Shown here piece by piece: positions 36,333 to 37,358 of a stretch of 37,358 nt of DNA. Origin of the DNA: a virus (Duplodnaviria; Caudoviricetes); IMG/VR virus record IMGVR_UViG_3300027813_000031, positions 1 through 37,358 of that record; one strand, written 5' to 3'. Positions within the stretch are counted from its first letter, which is position 1; the number at the start of each line of letters is the position of its first letter. The translations under genes and the position numbers were made by a program. A model generated the notes under the pieces. That model was not told where the DNA came from. It did no database searches and worked only from the letters and a program-made list of their open reading frames with translations.

Positions 36333-37358
36333 ATGGCAGTAAATATTGAACTAGTCGCAGATAAAGTATTTAACCTACTGGCGGGTAGCGGTTATGATAT
36401 CTTAAGTTTAAATGCTGAAGGCGAGACAGTAATAGACCATACAGAAGCTTCACGATTTGTTATTAAGGAACCTAACATACTTGTAAGACTTGACCAAGGA
36501 AGTGAAACAGTATCCATGGGAGTTAGGGAAGATTTTGACAACCACGAATTACGCCAGTCACTTAAAAGATTAGCAGTTGATTACTTAATGAATTTTGATT
36601 TTAAGATTTTTGGCAAGGTATTAAAGCCTAAGTCAGAAACAATCGACATTGCACAAAAAAGAACAAAAGAAATGGGCGATGTCTTAGAGGCATTAGATAC
36701 ATTAAGAACACTTTCAGGATTACCAACTTTAAAAGAATTTCAAGCCACGATGCCAGGAAGATATTCATACTTGTACCCAGAGGCTTATCAATTGGTAAAG
36801 AACCTATACAGGTCTAATATCACACACTTTACTACCCTTTATTACGACAATGATTTGCTGACAAATTATCTTATAGATTACGCATACTTGTCATTTGATG
36901 ATGCAACTGATGCCGCAATGGCAATTAGAGCAGATGTTAAAGAATTTGGCGCTGACTTGTTTGAGAACACCAAAGAAGAAACAACAGAAGGGTTATATGG
37001 TACAGGCGAACAAGTAAAAACACCTAAAGGCAATATTTATACATGGGCTGAAGCAGATAGAGACTATTCGATGTATGGTAAGTTTACATACGAGGGTGGC
37101 GAATTCACAATGTATTACGACCCACAGATGGGACAGTTTGATAATAGAGAACCAATACAAGGCGATCCAAGAGCACAACAAGTAATTAATTCATTACCAG
37201 ACGAATATTTTACTAATGATGAAAAAGAAACAGTTATAAGCGGAATTATTGATATGATTTTAGAAAATGCAAATACACAAACAGAAGAAAAGAATCCAGA
37301 TGGTCATCACCATACAAGTAATGAACCGTTTATCGATCCAGCCGGTCCTCAAGATGAA
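36333..37358 (+). CDS. Hypothetical protein, 3' truncated (not in ORF track)
   Basis: Late promoter 36302-36309 and SD AAGGAG. MAVNIELVADKVFNLL... open for 342 codons to the window end. Confidence 0.8.
   Translation, partial: MAVNIELVADKVFNLLAGSGYDILSLNAEGETVIDHTEASRFVIKEPNILVRLDQGSETVSMGVREDFDNHELRQSLKRLAVDYLMNFDFKIFGKVLKPKSETIDIAQKRTKEMGDVLEALDTLRTLSGLPTLKEFQATMPGRYSYLYPEAYQLVKNLYRSNITHFTTLYYDNDLLTNYLIDYAYLSFDDATDAAMAIRADVKEFGADLFENTKEETTEGLYGTGEQVKTPKGNIYTWAEADRDYSMYGKFTYEGGEFTMYYDPQMGQFDNREPIQGDPRAQQVINSLPDEYFTNDEKETVISGIIDMILENANTQTEEKNPDGHHHTSNEPFIDPAGPQDE

Overview
AT-rich fragment of a large, T4-related (GAP32/jumbo-myovirus-like gene order) phage of a Gram-negative, probably aquatic, host. 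The right two-thirds is a virion morphogenesis block: gp15-like tail terminator, T4-type lysozyme, neck proteins, dNMP kinase, tail sheath, tail tube, gp4-like head completion nuclease and terminase, plus a methyltransferase and a sugar epimerase. The left end holds two paralogous tail-fibre genes. Between them (about 4.2-17.5 kb) is a co-oriented accessory island that looks like a phage-encoded cell-envelope secretion and signalling system: CsgF + CsgG curli pore, two curlin-repeat proteins flanking a FecR-domain protein, a lipoprotein with a probable -1 programmed frameshift, an Asn/Thr low-complexity secreted protein, a 1070-aa acidic NIDO-like secreted protein and a CHASE2 class III nucleotide cyclase. 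A T4-late-type promoter (NATAAATA-N5-purine) recurs about 17 times and in six cases places an ATG exactly at the predicted +1 (leaderless mRNA). All calls come from motif recognition by eye; no database search was run.
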